DNA of 63,348 nucleotides from a virus (Duplodnaviria; Caudoviricetes): IMG/VR virus record IMGVR_UViG_3300035688_000005, positions 1 to 63,348 of that record; one strand, 5' to 3'. Shown piece by piece: positions 37,123 to 47,090 of this stretch (position 1 is its first letter; each line of letters starts with the position of its first letter). The notes under the pieces were generated by a model. It saw only the letters and a program-made list of their open reading frames with translations, ran no database searches and was not told where the DNA came from. The position numbers and the translations under genes were made by a program.

Positions 37123-39017
37123 TTAAATCACTGGCATCCAAACACATCTACAATTTGGGTGAAGCGGTATCTTTTTAATTGCTTCTCCTACTGTGAATAT
37201 TTTTCCATTCATTTTGTCGCACTCAGCACAGCGTCTTCCGTCTTCTGGGACTGAATTCCATTTTACTTTATCCACACCCATATCTGAATATCTGTTAAGC
37301 GTTCCTCCATTTAATACCCTCATAGTCTCTGTCCTTGCTATTCTTAACGCTTCTTCTTTGGTTATAAAAGTAGTATCTGGGAATCCTTTAGCTTTTCTTG
37401 TCTCATTCACTGCTTTCATAACGTCATCAGAAATTGATAGAGTAGGTTTTCCTCTCATTATCCCTTCGTTTAAAACAATTTTTATAGCGTCTACTTCATC
37501 GTCAGAATAAGTTTTCTTTAAATCAGAGAATTCTGTCTTTCTTATAAAATCTGATATATAATTTGCTGCTGGAGAATATTCAAAGCCTCCCAGTTCCTCT
37601 CTTAGGGTAGAGTAATTGGAATAAATGGGGGACATAGTTGGCGTTTTAATCGACGGTGTTTGATAGATAGGTTTTTTAGTTGGAGCTTTCACTGTATCTG
37701 TTGGTTGCCCTACTTGTGTTTGCTGTGCTAATTTTGCCTGCCACTGACCATAATAGATGTTTCCTCCTTCTACTTCTGACATATCCAATTCTTTTCTTGC
37801 TTCATTTAAAGTAATCTGGTTGGTAGTCCACATCTGGGATATTCTATTTGCCTTAGAACCTACATCTTCAAAGTCTAATTTACCGAATTCTATATGAGCA
37901 TCTTTTGCTAACCCATATTTTTCTATGACTGGTTTTAGAATAAATCTTTCAATCTGGCTTGTGAATACTTTTCTGTCTGACATAACCGACATAATAAATG
38001 CAACTAATTGTTCTTTTGCTGTTGCCCTGTTTACATCTTCAGTTAGTCCCACTAAAAATTCTGGTGCTATTCCTGCTATGATTTTTCTCTTTGTGTGTCT
38101 TAGAGCATAATCCAAGTTTATTTCCTTTCCGCTAAAACTCAAGTCTTCCATCTTATAAGGTTTATTTACAATCGCATTCTCTTCCATAGCTAAGTTTTCT
38201 AAATAAGCAGCAAGACTATCTATCTCTTCCGCATTAGTTGGGAAATCTTTGTCACCGAAACTGATTATCTTTTTAGGAACAGCCCTGTATTTAGCAATCA
38301 TAGCTAAAGCTCTTTCCATTTCTTCAAGCATTTCAGTATCATTTATAATAGAAGCCAAGTCACTTCTTCCATATACCCCGTTTATACTCTGATTCAGTTT
38401 AAAGTGAACCAACTTCATCCAAGGGACTGGAATAGCTTTGATTCTTATCTTGTGATAGGAATAACCGATATGATAAGACAATTCATACCATCTAGCATCT
38501 GGCTCGTTGTAAATCGGGTCAACTCTTTGGAGATAAGCTTCTTGGTCTGATTTTGGATTTCCATATTTGTCAAAGTTTATGTAAATTCTACTCGGGTCTG
38601 CTATCGAATAAAATCTGTCTGGTAAACCTGTTTCTAATGAGTAATCAATCTCCATATAGCCATTTCCCGTGATTAGAGTTTTCAAAATGCAATCTAACTG
38701 TTGATATTCAAATCCTCTGTCGTCCAAATATTTTTGCAAGAACTCTGCTGTTCGTTCATCTTCACTCACGACTTTAATCTCGTTCCCTGTTATAAATTTA
38801 GCCACTTGATTTAATGCCGCTCTGACTAACGAGTTATACATATACATTTCCCAGCACTGACGCATCTCTTCGTGCGGATTCGGTCAATTTTATGTATTTA
38901 ACATAAAATTTCTAACCACCGCATTTTGAAGATGTCACGGCGAAATGGGGCAAATGACCCAACGACTGTTTTTCGTTCTACTCTTCTATTGAAAAAAGAT
39001 TCACGTAGAGTAAGCAA
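37123..39017 (-). CDS. portal protein fused to MuF-like domain; spliced, exons 39017..38912 and 38879..37123 (620 aa)
   Basis: GNGY.E, VHFK......YGRS, TLNEAR; C-terminal RIARTET...C..C..PLHPNCRC; GGAGGTGG SD before TTG 39017; frame restored by removing the BHB intron. Confidence 0.85.
38880..38911 (-). other. 32-nt BHB-type intron in the portal mRNA
   Basis: GGTT-AG|A-AATTTTATGT-TAAAT-ACATAAAATT-GACC-GA|A; perfect 10-bp inner stem; outer TGCGG/CCGCA helix; contains in-frame TAA. Confidence 0.8.
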
Positions 39018-39627
39018 GCAACCACCTCCTTTGTTCCATTATAACATTAACTATCTCTTCCAATCTTTCTTTTATTTCGTGTTCCCAAAAACGCATCATA
39101 TAATACTTGTTTTTTAATTTTTCGTTAACTATTATATCTCTAATCTTATTTCTATTTTGCTCAGTAGTCAATCTTCTTTCTACTGGGTATTCTCTCGGAC
39201 AACCGTGCCAGTAGCAACCGTCTACAAATATAACTATGTTTGGCTCTATAAAAATATCGCACTGAACGAAGTTTTCTATAACTTTATGGGTTTCAAAGGG
39301 AATACCTACTTCTCTCAAACTATTTTGAAGCATAACTTCGGGAATAGTGTTTCTTACTGGTATAACCTGCTTGAGACGCAACTCCCTTAGTTTTTGTTTT
39401 GTCTGTTCGGTATGCGTTATCCCTCTATTCCAAGGGACTATTTTGCCTTCTTTGTATAATCTTTTCCGTGTTTTGGATATTTTTATCTTGTGTGCTTCTG
39501 AAAGAGGTTTTCCTAATTTTGATTGCCTTATCTTTTCTTTTGTTCCTTCAGTAATACGTCTTCCTTGCCTTGTTAAAGACATCTTTTCCTTAGTCTTTTT
39601 TGAATGTTTCTTTCCTTTCATTCCCAT
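39001..39627 (-). CDS. homing endonuclease: NUMOD3 + Vsr-like domain
   Basis: GKKHSKKTK repeats; NT.PE...CDIF...IFVDGCYWHGCP...RD...RFWEHE. Confidence 0.85.
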   Translation of the reverse strand: MGMKGKKHSKKTKEKMSLTRQGRRITEGTKEKIRQSKLGKPLSEAHKIKISKTRKRLYKEGKIVPWNRGITHTEQTKQKLRELRLKQVIPVRNTIPEVMLQNSLREVGIPFETHKVIENFVQCDIFIEPNIVIFVDGCYWHGCPREYPVERRLTTEQNRNKIRDIIVNEKLKNKYYMMRFWEHEIKERLEEIVNVIMEQRRWLLAYST

Positions 39628-39686
39628 ATTAACTACCTCTTGGTTATATATATTTATGGGTTTTTGTGGTATATTAATTTAATTTC
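39628..39686 (-). promoter_or_regulatory. promoter/SD cassette shared by homing endonuclease genes
   Basis: AAATTAATATACCACAAAAACC...ATATATATAACCAAGAGGTAGTTAA; close copies at 41243-41297, 44335-44392, 58818-58874, 25098-25151. Confidence 0.7.
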
Positions 39687-39711
39687 ATACCATCACTTTG
39701 TTTTTACTTAC

Positions 39712-40512
39712 TTAAATAATTATTTTGAAGTTTCTCTTTAAATCGCACTGCGGGCATTTACTCATAAACGTTTTCAAGTAATCCCTCCAGCCGCAATACA
39801 TACATTCTGCTAAGGTATCGTCCACTAAGTCCACCAATATTTTCATCCCGTCCGTTTCTATCAGCATCTGATGGCTGATTCCTGTTCCTTGCTGGTAGTC
39901 GTCTGGACCTACTGCTTTAGGATTCGTTCCAGAACTTGGGCTTAGCTTGGCTTCTTCCTTTTTCTTTATCTCAAATTGTTTAATGTCCGTTATGTTCGCA
40001 GTAGTAGTTTCTCCGTTCTCCCACTTAACTGTAACCATTTGCCCTTCTTCTGTGGTTTTAATATCAACAATCGTTCCCTCTTTGCCGTCTATCCTTACCA
40101 TATCCCCTGTTGAAATAGATTTCAATTCTTCTTTAGTTCCTATTCTGTATCCTGTAGCAAGTGGTCTTTCTAAATCCGATTTCCTCGCCCACTGGGTAGA
40201 GCCGTCTTCGAACTTGACCAAGAATACTTCCTCCCCAGCGTAGCCCCTTTTGTTTATTATCTCCCCTTCCTTTGGACCTTTGACGTGCACTCCCGTCATC
40301 GGCTCGGGCGGTCTCCTTACTGTCACCTTGGCCCCTATGTCGAATCTCGTCGGGACAGTGTTGTCGTTCTTGGTCAGGCCAGGGTTGGCTGGACCAGCCT
40401 CCTGAGGGCTGTGCTCCCTTCCCTTCTCGTATCCGAAAAATATTTGTTTTTTAGTTGTATCTACCGCAAACGACTTTCGGTCTCCTGTGTAATTACAATT
40501 TTTGCATTTCAT
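39712..40512 (-). CDS. head-module polyprotein (Zn ribbons + two KOW/SH3 modules)
   Basis: CKNC; FDIGAKV...LVKFEDG; TGDMVRIDGKEG...VKWENG; CMYC/CPQC. Confidence 0.65.
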   Translation of the reverse strand: MKCKNCNYTGDRKSFAVDTTKKQIFFGYEKGREHSPQEAGPANPGLTKNDNTVPTRFDIGAKVTVRRPPEPMTGVHVKGPKEGEIINKRGYAGEEVFLVKFEDGSTQWARKSDLERPLATGYRIGTKEELKSISTGDMVRIDGKEGTIVDIKTTEEGQMVTVKWENGETTTANITDIKQFEIKKKEEAKLSPSSGTNPKAVGPDDYQQGTGISHQMLIETDGMKILVDLVDDTLAECMYCGWRDYLKTFMSKCPQCDLKRNFKIII

Positions 40513-40516
40513 AGAA

Positions 40517-41242
40517 TCAAAACTCTTTTATCTTATTTATACAAACTTGTTCATCTTTTAAATCTTTTTCATCTATAAACATTACTTTAAAGCCAAACTT
40601 TCCATAATTCTCTACTTTTTGTCTTTTGTATTTCTCTACAGAACCAAATCTTTTAATCTTAAAGAAACTTTCGAATACTTCTATTACTTTTTTCCCCCCA
40701 TTACAATTGATAAAATCTGGGTTTGAATTCCCAATCCAAACTTGCCCATCTCCAGTAAATATATAAGCAAGTTTATTTTCATCTATCAGTTTCAACAATT
40801 TTTTCTCATAACTAGTTGGTCTTGATATACTTAGCACTTTTTTCATAATATTTTCAAATAATTCTGGGTTTTCCTTTACTTTTTTCCAAAATTCCTGCTT
40901 TTTTATCGATAAATCTAATACTCTTTTATCGGTATCTTTTGTCAATCCTTTTAACCAAGGGTTTCTTTTAACGTATTTATAGAAACATTCTCTTGAACAA
41001 TATTTTCTGTGATTTGATGGGCTACTATAAAAAATATTTCCACATCTACAAATTATCTTTGGACCAAGTTTTAATTTAACAATAACTCTATTTTTATAAT
41101 TCTGATTCTTTAACATTTTTTTTATTGATTCTTTTGTCCTTTTTCTTCCACTTAGACTACAGTGATTAGAACAAAAGTTTTTACCTCTACCTTCGTAGTA
41201 TCTTTTACATCTCTCACAATTCTTTTTATATATTATTGCCAT
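40517..41242 (-). CDS. homing endonuclease: Zn fingers + Vsr-like domain
   Basis: C..C...FCS..C repeats, W.KGLTKDTDKR, PTSYE...FTGDG...NPDFINCNG.KKVIEVF. Confidence 0.8.
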   Translation of the reverse strand: MAIIYKKNCERCKRYYEGRGKNFCSNHCSLSGRKRTKESIKKMLKNQNYKNRVIVKLKLGPKIICRCGNIFYSSPSNHRKYCSRECFYKYVKRNPWLKGLTKDTDKRVLDLSIKKQEFWKKVKENPELFENIMKKVLSISRPTSYEKKLLKLIDENKLAYIFTGDGQVWIGNSNPDFINCNGGKKVIEVFESFFKIKRFGSVEKYKRQKVENYGKFGFKVMFIDEKDLKDEQVCINKIKEF

Positions 41243-41297
41243 TTTAACTACCTCTTGGTTATATATATGATATTATAATTTTTGTTGTTTATAAATA

Positions 41298-43289
41298 TTA
41301 TTCCAAAATATCATCTGAACCACACTGAGGACATTTTAGCTCGTCTCTAAATTGATAAGAGCAAAAACCACACCTACTAACATCTTCGTTGTTATCCCGA
41401 CCACAAATAGGACAAGAACGTTTATCTTTTGTCATATCCCTAGTCTCTGGACCCTTGGTCACGTGCATATCGCCTGGCGGGGTAGCTCTCTTGGCTGGAT
41501 TCATAGGAGTGTCTGGCTGTGCGTGCGCCCCTATGTCCGAGTGAGTTACTTCCCTGAGAAATACAGATTTGTTTTCAGAACCTGCGTATCCTTCTGTTAT
41601 TTCTACAGTCTCGTATGGACCTTTAGCTGTTGGACTCTTCCTTGCTTTTAATAATTCATTAGCCCATTCTCTTGCGTCTTCTTCTGTATCAAACAACCAG
41701 CTTTCAAAGGTAACGTTTCTTCTTACGTCTCTGACTTGCCATTTCTTACCTGTTAATTGTTCCAATTCTACCCAGTTCTCTTTGTCTATTTCTGTTACTT
41801 CAATCGAGCCTTCCTTAGTAGTCGGTGTTCCGTGTCTTACTGTTATATCTGCTGGACTTGTCTGCTCTGTTTGAACAGCTATTTTTTTCTGGACTTTCTT
41901 TAATGATTTTTTAATGTCCTTCAGTTCTTTCTCGTCCTCTTCTGTCTGCTCTACACTAGCTGGCTCTTTTGCCCTTCTGATTTTTTTAGGTAAGACCGTT
42001 GTCATTAATCCTCCTGCGTTTCCTGTGGTTACGTCTTCTTTTATCGGGAATTTGATTCTTTCAAGATGGTGAGCGTGTCTCATAAACGCTTCTGTTTCCG
42101 CTTCCGAGTGACCTTCCCCTTTAAGCCATCTTTCAATACCTTCTGCTACTAACTCAACAATCATTTCTATTTTTCCTTCTATGTTTTCGTTAAACTCTAA
42201 CAATACTGCATTCGCCCCTTCACTCAACATCTGCATAACTATGTCGTCTCTTGTGTAAGCTTTATGATAACCTGCGACTAGTCCGACTTTGTTTAGTATA
42301 AACAGAATATCCGCAACATAGATGTCATCTCTATCAACTGGAATGTCATATACTACAACATCAAACGGAGCGTTACTTGGGTCATCTGGAGGAAAACTAT
42401 GAACATCTATTAAGAAAGCATCTTCAGTTATTGCATTTGATATTTTATTTCTGAATTCTGTATCTCTCGACTCTGGTCTGTTTAAATCTATATCTGTCCT
42501 TTCTATGTTTCCAATTATTGTCTCAACTTCAATCCCTTTTTCTTTTAGTTTTTTATCTAACTCTACTGCCACATCTTTTGCTATTTTATCATAAGTATGT
42601 TCTTTATCGTTTTCTCCTGTTGCGTGAGGCACAGTTAATATGATTTTCCCGTATCTTACTTCTTCCCTGTAAGTCTTAGACCTTTGTTCTCCAGTAGGTG
42701 CTAAAGCGTCATACTCGTGGCTGTCAGCTACATTATCTTTTCCCATCACGTCTCTGTCTCTTTTTGGCTCTCTTGTCGTCGTTCCTCTAGGATAAACTTT
42801 ATGGTAATCTAATTCTTTTTTTACCCCTTCTTTGACTAAATCGTGCTCTTCTTCTTCGCTTGTTTCTCCATCGTCCCAACGGACTACATAATAATGCTTT
42901 CCTGCTAAGGGTTTTACTCCTATTACGTTTCCAGTCCTGTCAACGTTCCTTACCCTGTCTCCGATTTTAAAAGGCAGTTTGGTTATCTCCACATCTTCCA
43001 CTCCCTCGTCAAAACTCTCACTGCGTTTGAATAAATCCCCATTTAGACTTCTTGTCGTGTCTTTTTTAGAATAAGGATATTTAGTTTCAGTATCTTCAGG
43101 CACTACTTTATAAGGCGGTTCTTCTTCCATATACTCTTTTCCGTATTCTCCTAACTTGTAATGGTCTTCTACGATTTTCCATACGTCATCATCTGAGAAC
43201 TCTGGATGCTCAGACTTCTCTTTATCAAAATGCTTCTTTAATTTTATTTTCTCTTCGTCAGTAAGTGCCATACTCATCTTCCTCGTCAT
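41298..43289 (-). CDS. head-module polyprotein with KOW and N-formylglutamate amidohydrolase-like domains
   Basis: FKIGDRV...VRWDDG; LTVPHA...DLNR...IDVHSFP...LLEF; terminal Zn ribbons. Confidence 0.6.
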   Translation of the reverse strand: MTRKMSMALTDEEKIKLKKHFDKEKSEHPEFSDDDVWKIVEDHYKLGEYGKEYMEEEPPYKVVPEDTETKYPYSKKDTTRSLNGDLFKRSESFDEGVEDVEITKLPFKIGDRVRNVDRTGNVIGVKPLAGKHYYVVRWDDGETSEEEEHDLVKEGVKKELDYHKVYPRGTTTREPKRDRDVMGKDNVADSHEYDALAPTGEQRSKTYREEVRYGKIILTVPHATGENDKEHTYDKIAKDVAVELDKKLKEKGIEVETIIGNIERTDIDLNRPESRDTEFRNKISNAITEDAFLIDVHSFPPDDPSNAPFDVVVYDIPVDRDDIYVADILFILNKVGLVAGYHKAYTRDDIVMQMLSEGANAVLLEFNENIEGKIEMIVELVAEGIERWLKGEGHSEAETEAFMRHAHHLERIKFPIKEDVTTGNAGGLMTTVLPKKIRRAKEPASVEQTEEDEKELKDIKKSLKKVQKKIAVQTEQTSPADITVRHGTPTTKEGSIEVTEIDKENWVELEQLTGKKWQVRDVRRNVTFESWLFDTEEDAREWANELLKARKSPTAKGPYETVEITEGYAGSENKSVFLREVTHSDIGAHAQPDTPMNPAKRATPPGDMHVTKGPETRDMTKDKRSCPICGRDNNEDVSRCGFCSYQFRDELKCPQCGSDDILE

Positions 43290-43397
43290 CTTCGTCCTCG
43301 TCTTTTTTCTCTTTTTCTCTATCTTCGTCAGAATCTTTAGAAGTAAAACTATTTCTATCTCTACCTTTCTCTATCTCAAATTTCGCTTGCATAAGCA

Positions 43398-43598
43398 TTA
43401 AGGCGTAGTCGCTAACGCCAGATTAGATGTGACAAAGATGCCTGTTGCTGGAAGCTGTGCAGTCGTTACGTCGCTTCCTTTATCAACATTTGCCGTCGGT
43501 GTCGCCGCACTTGCAACTGGTCTGCAACCTGCTTCCAAATCTTCATTAGTTACCGTTTCAGCTGCTACACCTGTGTCTATTTGTGAACTAATTTTAAT
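43398..43598 (-). CDS. small virion protein, probable ATT start
   Basis: GGAGG SD is only 1 nt from TTG 43601; in-frame ATT at 43598 and 43592. Confidence 0.5.
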   Translation of the reverse strand: MKISSQIDTGVAAETVTNEDLEAGCRPVASAATPTANVDKGSDVTTAQLPATGIFVTSNLALATTP

Positions 43599-44334
43599 CA
43601 ATCCTCCTTATTTTTTCTATATCTACTTGCGTTTCATCTAAAAATATCATTCTCCATCCGTATTTACTACAAACATCTATTCTTTTTTGTTTCCAATTTT
43701 CCAATCCGCCTCTAAACATCTCTTTATGTTTTTTATAGAATACTTCAATAGCAATTTTCTCTCCGTTACAGTTTATAAAATCAGGATTGATATTCTCTAT
43801 CCAGAATTTTCCATCGCCCACAAAGATATATGGCAATTTTAACTTTTCAATAATCCTTATCATTTTTATTTCAAGAGAGGATGGCGTTCTTCTCCCCAAT
43901 ACTTTTCTTCTATATTCTTTGTCTTGCCATAATTTTTTATGAGAATCTCTTTGTTTTACTATCGTCTCTTCAGAAAAACAACCTTTTTTACCTTTATTCC
44001 AAATTTGGTGAACTCCTAAATATTTCTTTCTGCTTTCTCTTTGTTTTTTTCTAGTTTCTTCTGTTGGTATTTTCCCTAAATGAGACAGGCTCTGTTTCTG
44101 TTTAGTTTCAACTGTAGCTTTTTTCCCTTTGTTTAAAGAAACACACCCTTTCTTGAATTCTGTTTTTGGACTGACGTGCTGTCCCTTTTTTGTTTTTGCA
44201 CTACTTTCAACATATCTTTTAACTCGTTCATCAGTTTCCTTTGTTAGACCTTTATTCCAAGGTTTTTGACCAAGATGACAAAGCCTATTAGTTTCTTTTT
44301 GTTCTTCGGTTTGTTTATATCCTTTTTTTGGCAT
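43594..44334 (-). CDS. homing endonuclease: NUMOD3 + Vsr-like domain
   Basis: WNKGLTKETDERV; C-terminus nearly identical to 12091..12750. Confidence 0.8.
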   Translation of the reverse strand: MPKKGYKQTEEQKETNRLCHLGQKPWNKGLTKETDERVKRYVESSAKTKKGQHVSPKTEFKKGCVSLNKGKKATVETKQKQSLSHLGKIPTEETRKKQRESRKKYLGVHQIWNKGKKGCFSEETIVKQRDSHKKLWQDKEYRRKVLGRRTPSSLEIKMIRIIEKLKLPYIFVGDGKFWIENINPDFINCNGEKIAIEVFYKKHKEMFRGGLENWKQKRIDVCSKYGWRMIFLDETQVDIEKIRRID

Positions 44335-44392
44335 ATTTCATCACTTGTCGGGTATATATATTATTGTTGGTTTTTGTGGTTAATTAATTTAA

Positions 44393-45412
44393 TTATACCT
44401 GCCCTCTATCTATTCCTTCGTCTGACTGAGCTGTTCCTGATTCAAAAACTATTTCTTCTTTTCCTTTAAAAATATCCTTGCATCTTTCTCTTGCGTCTTT
44501 TTCTGACACTCCTGCTTGAACTAAATTCGCTACGCATCCTTCGAATCCTGCCTGTTCTTTCTTTTCAAGTCCAGGACGTAAAAGCGAGTCAACCCAACGC
44601 TCTATAAGAGAGTCATCTCCAACGTTTTCATTCAGCCATTTTTTATATTGCGGTGTATCAAGAAGCGAATCTGCTATTCCCTTTGCAGTATTTCCTTCAA
44701 GGGCTTGTTGTCTTATTTCTCTTATAATTTCTCTTTCAATTCCTGCTTGCTCTTTATAACTTTCCATTTTTACACCAATTTTCTTTAAAGCTGCATCTAC
44801 TACTCCTTGTGCGTCACTTGTGGTCATATCGAACTCTTTTTCTATTTGGTAAACAATATCTCCGTAATCTTCTCCTTTATCTACGAGTTGTTTCACCCTT
44901 TTATCTACCTCATCTAGTTGTTCCATTCCAACTGTTGTTTTTCTTTCTTCTAATTGTTTTTCCCACCCACAAGAAGGGCACTGAAGTTTCCATTTATAAT
45001 CTACAACTGGCTTTCCACAATTAGGACATTTCGTTGTGTCTTGCTCTTTTAGACTTTCTATTTTAACTTTGTCTATGTTTCCGTATTCGTCTTCTTGTTC
45101 GACTGTAAATTCTTTGAACCTTTCATCAAATTCGAAACCTGCTGCCATAACATCTGATATTTTATCTCGCTCATCGCTTGATAAATCCTTCCAATCTACT
45201 CCTGAAAGCGTGTCATTTAAGCCAGCGGCTTTTAAAAGACCTCTTCGTTCTCTGTCAGTGCAACTGTCCCAAGTTGAACGAAAGCTTTCTTTCTCAGTCG
45301 GCCATTTGCCTGTTATGGATTTATGAATAGAGGCACAGTAAGCACCTGGATTATCTTTGTCTTTGTTTTTATTCATACAATCTTTCATATCTTTATACTC
45401 ACCAAAAGGCAT
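44393..45412 (-). CDS. head-module polyprotein
   Basis: MPFGEY..MKDC.....DNPGAYCA; modules shared with 33625..36384; ESFR/ESLKEQ/ESYKEQ linkers. Confidence 0.6.
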   Translation of the reverse strand: MPFGEYKDMKDCMNKNKDKDNPGAYCASIHKSITGKWPTEKESFRSTWDSCTDRERRGLLKAAGLNDTLSGVDWKDLSSDERDKISDVMAAGFEFDERFKEFTVEQEDEYGNIDKVKIESLKEQDTTKCPNCGKPVVDYKWKLQCPSCGWEKQLEERKTTVGMEQLDEVDKRVKQLVDKGEDYGDIVYQIEKEFDMTTSDAQGVVDAALKKIGVKMESYKEQAGIEREIIREIRQQALEGNTAKGIADSLLDTPQYKKWLNENVGDDSLIERWVDSLLRPGLEKKEQAGFEGCVANLVQAGVSEKDARERCKDIFKGKEEIVFESGTAQSDEGIDRGQV

Positions 45413-45416
45413 AAAC

Positions 45417-46133
45417 TCACCAGTTTACTATAACTAAATCGCTAAACCCTATCGGGTCTGCACTTGAGTCTACCTTTATCCTGACTGATTTTGACGTGAT
45501 TTGGTCGGTATTTCCTGTGACGTAAGTGATTAATTTTCCGTCCCATAGTTCCTGAATTTCCAGTTTGAATGTCTTGTCCCTGAAAAAAGTATACTTCAGC
45601 CAGGCGTCACTTGCCCACCTTCCGCTTCCGTCGTATGAACCTATTAGCGTTTCTACGCCACCTGCACTCCTATAAATATTTACGTCTCTTCTTGCAATAT
45701 TGACGCTTATTCTTATATACTCCTTGACGTTGTGGTATATCGGATAGAAACTGAACACTCCGTCTTTTTTTCCGTAAGAGTGAAATCCTAGATACCAGAT
45801 TCCGTATTCACACGAGCCAGAAGGATATGTCGTGTGTGCCTCTGCTGGTGCTATCGGTGCTCCTACATTTTTAAACTGATTGTTCTCTGCTTTCCAAGTG
45901 GATAAATCAATAACCCACTCTGGTCTCATACAGCCGTTAAACGCTCTAATCCTGTTTGTGTATCTTCCGTCTCCCCAGTCGTCAAAAAGAAAATAAGGGC
46001 ATACTCCTCTGCTTATACTCGGGGACGAAGCTGAGTTCGGACTTGCGCCTGGTCTAGTTTGGTCGAACCAACTAAGAGTTTCTTCTTTCGTTCTATGTTC
46101 TACTACTAATCCTGCTCCAGACTCTTCTGACAT
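45417..46133 (-). CDS. beta-sandwich (lectin-like) virion protein
   Basis: FLFDDW.DG, aromatic beta-rich composition. Confidence 0.45.
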   Translation of the reverse strand: MSEESGAGLVVEHRTKEETLSWFDQTRPGASPNSASSPSISRGVCPYFLFDDWGDGRYTNRIRAFNGCMRPEWVIDLSTWKAENNQFKNVGAPIAPAEAHTTYPSGSCEYGIWYLGFHSYGKKDGVFSFYPIYHNVKEYIRISVNIARRDVNIYRSAGGVETLIGSYDGSGRWASDAWLKYTFFRDKTFKLEIQELWDGKLITYVTGNTDQITSKSVRIKVDSSADPIGFSDLVIVNW

Positions 46134-46138
46134 TTAAA

Positions 46139-46438
46139 TCACTTCTCTTTCCTGAATGTATCCTTAATGAATTTTAGGAAATCAATCAGCAAATAATAAG
46201 CACATCCGAATCCTAGAGCGATAGCAATAATGTATAAAATCTGTCCGTTTGCTATCAAATCTTTCTTTAGTAAACTTAACAAAGCGAAAAATGTCAAGTA
46301 TCCTATTATAGAATAAGCCAAGATAAACTTCAAGTTATCTTTAACATTAACTCCTCTCTTTTCGTCCTTCCAGTAATTAATCCACCTGTTTTTTAATTCC
46401 GTTAACTTTGCCTTTATCCTTCTGAATGCCATAGCCAC
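46139..46438 (-). CDS. two-TM membrane protein
   Basis: Two hydrophobic segments; first gene after late-promoter motif. Confidence 0.55.
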   Translation of the reverse strand: MAMAFRRIKAKLTELKNRWINYWKDEKRGVNVKDNLKFILAYSIIGYLTFFALLSLLKKDLIANGQILYIIAIALGFGCAYYLLIDFLKFIKDTFRKEK

Positions 46439-47090
46439 ACCGACTACTTAATTATTTACTCTTTTCTCCTTTATTAATCTAATTTTAAAGACCAAGCATC
46501 TTGTTGAGATTGTCTTCAGTCAGTATTCTTTCCAAAGTCGCCTGTATTTCATTCTTTGCCAACACTTTTGCCTTCTTGTCGCTCAGTTTTTCTAAGACGT
46601 TCCCGTTGATTACCATCTCGTTGGCAAATGATTCGTTTGAGGACTTCTTGAATATCTGAATCGTTAATATCACGTCGTTCATAAACTCACCCCCTTAACC
46701 TCAACTCTGCATACCGTCTTCCCACTACAAAATCCTCTGGGTCGAATGTTAGAATATCGACCGCTTCCAAGAGGTTTAGGAAACAATCCTCGCAACGCAT
46801 CTTCTCAACTAGTTTATAAAGATTCTTCTCTCTGTTGCTGTATCCTTCGATATCAGTTGGCTTTATTTCCTCAAACATAATTCTTCCCTAGCCTTTATGA
46901 ATTTTAAGTCGTCCTCATCAGATTTTTCAATAGAGGTAAGATGTGTCCCTCCTTCATCTAACGTGCCTTTAAGCTTGACCCAATCTTCTCCATTCAACCC
47001 TTCGTATACAAACGCCCAGACTTGGTTTCTTGGCGAAAGGTCTTTTACCTTTATAAAAGTTTCTGTTTCCATCACCTCACCTCCCACTAA

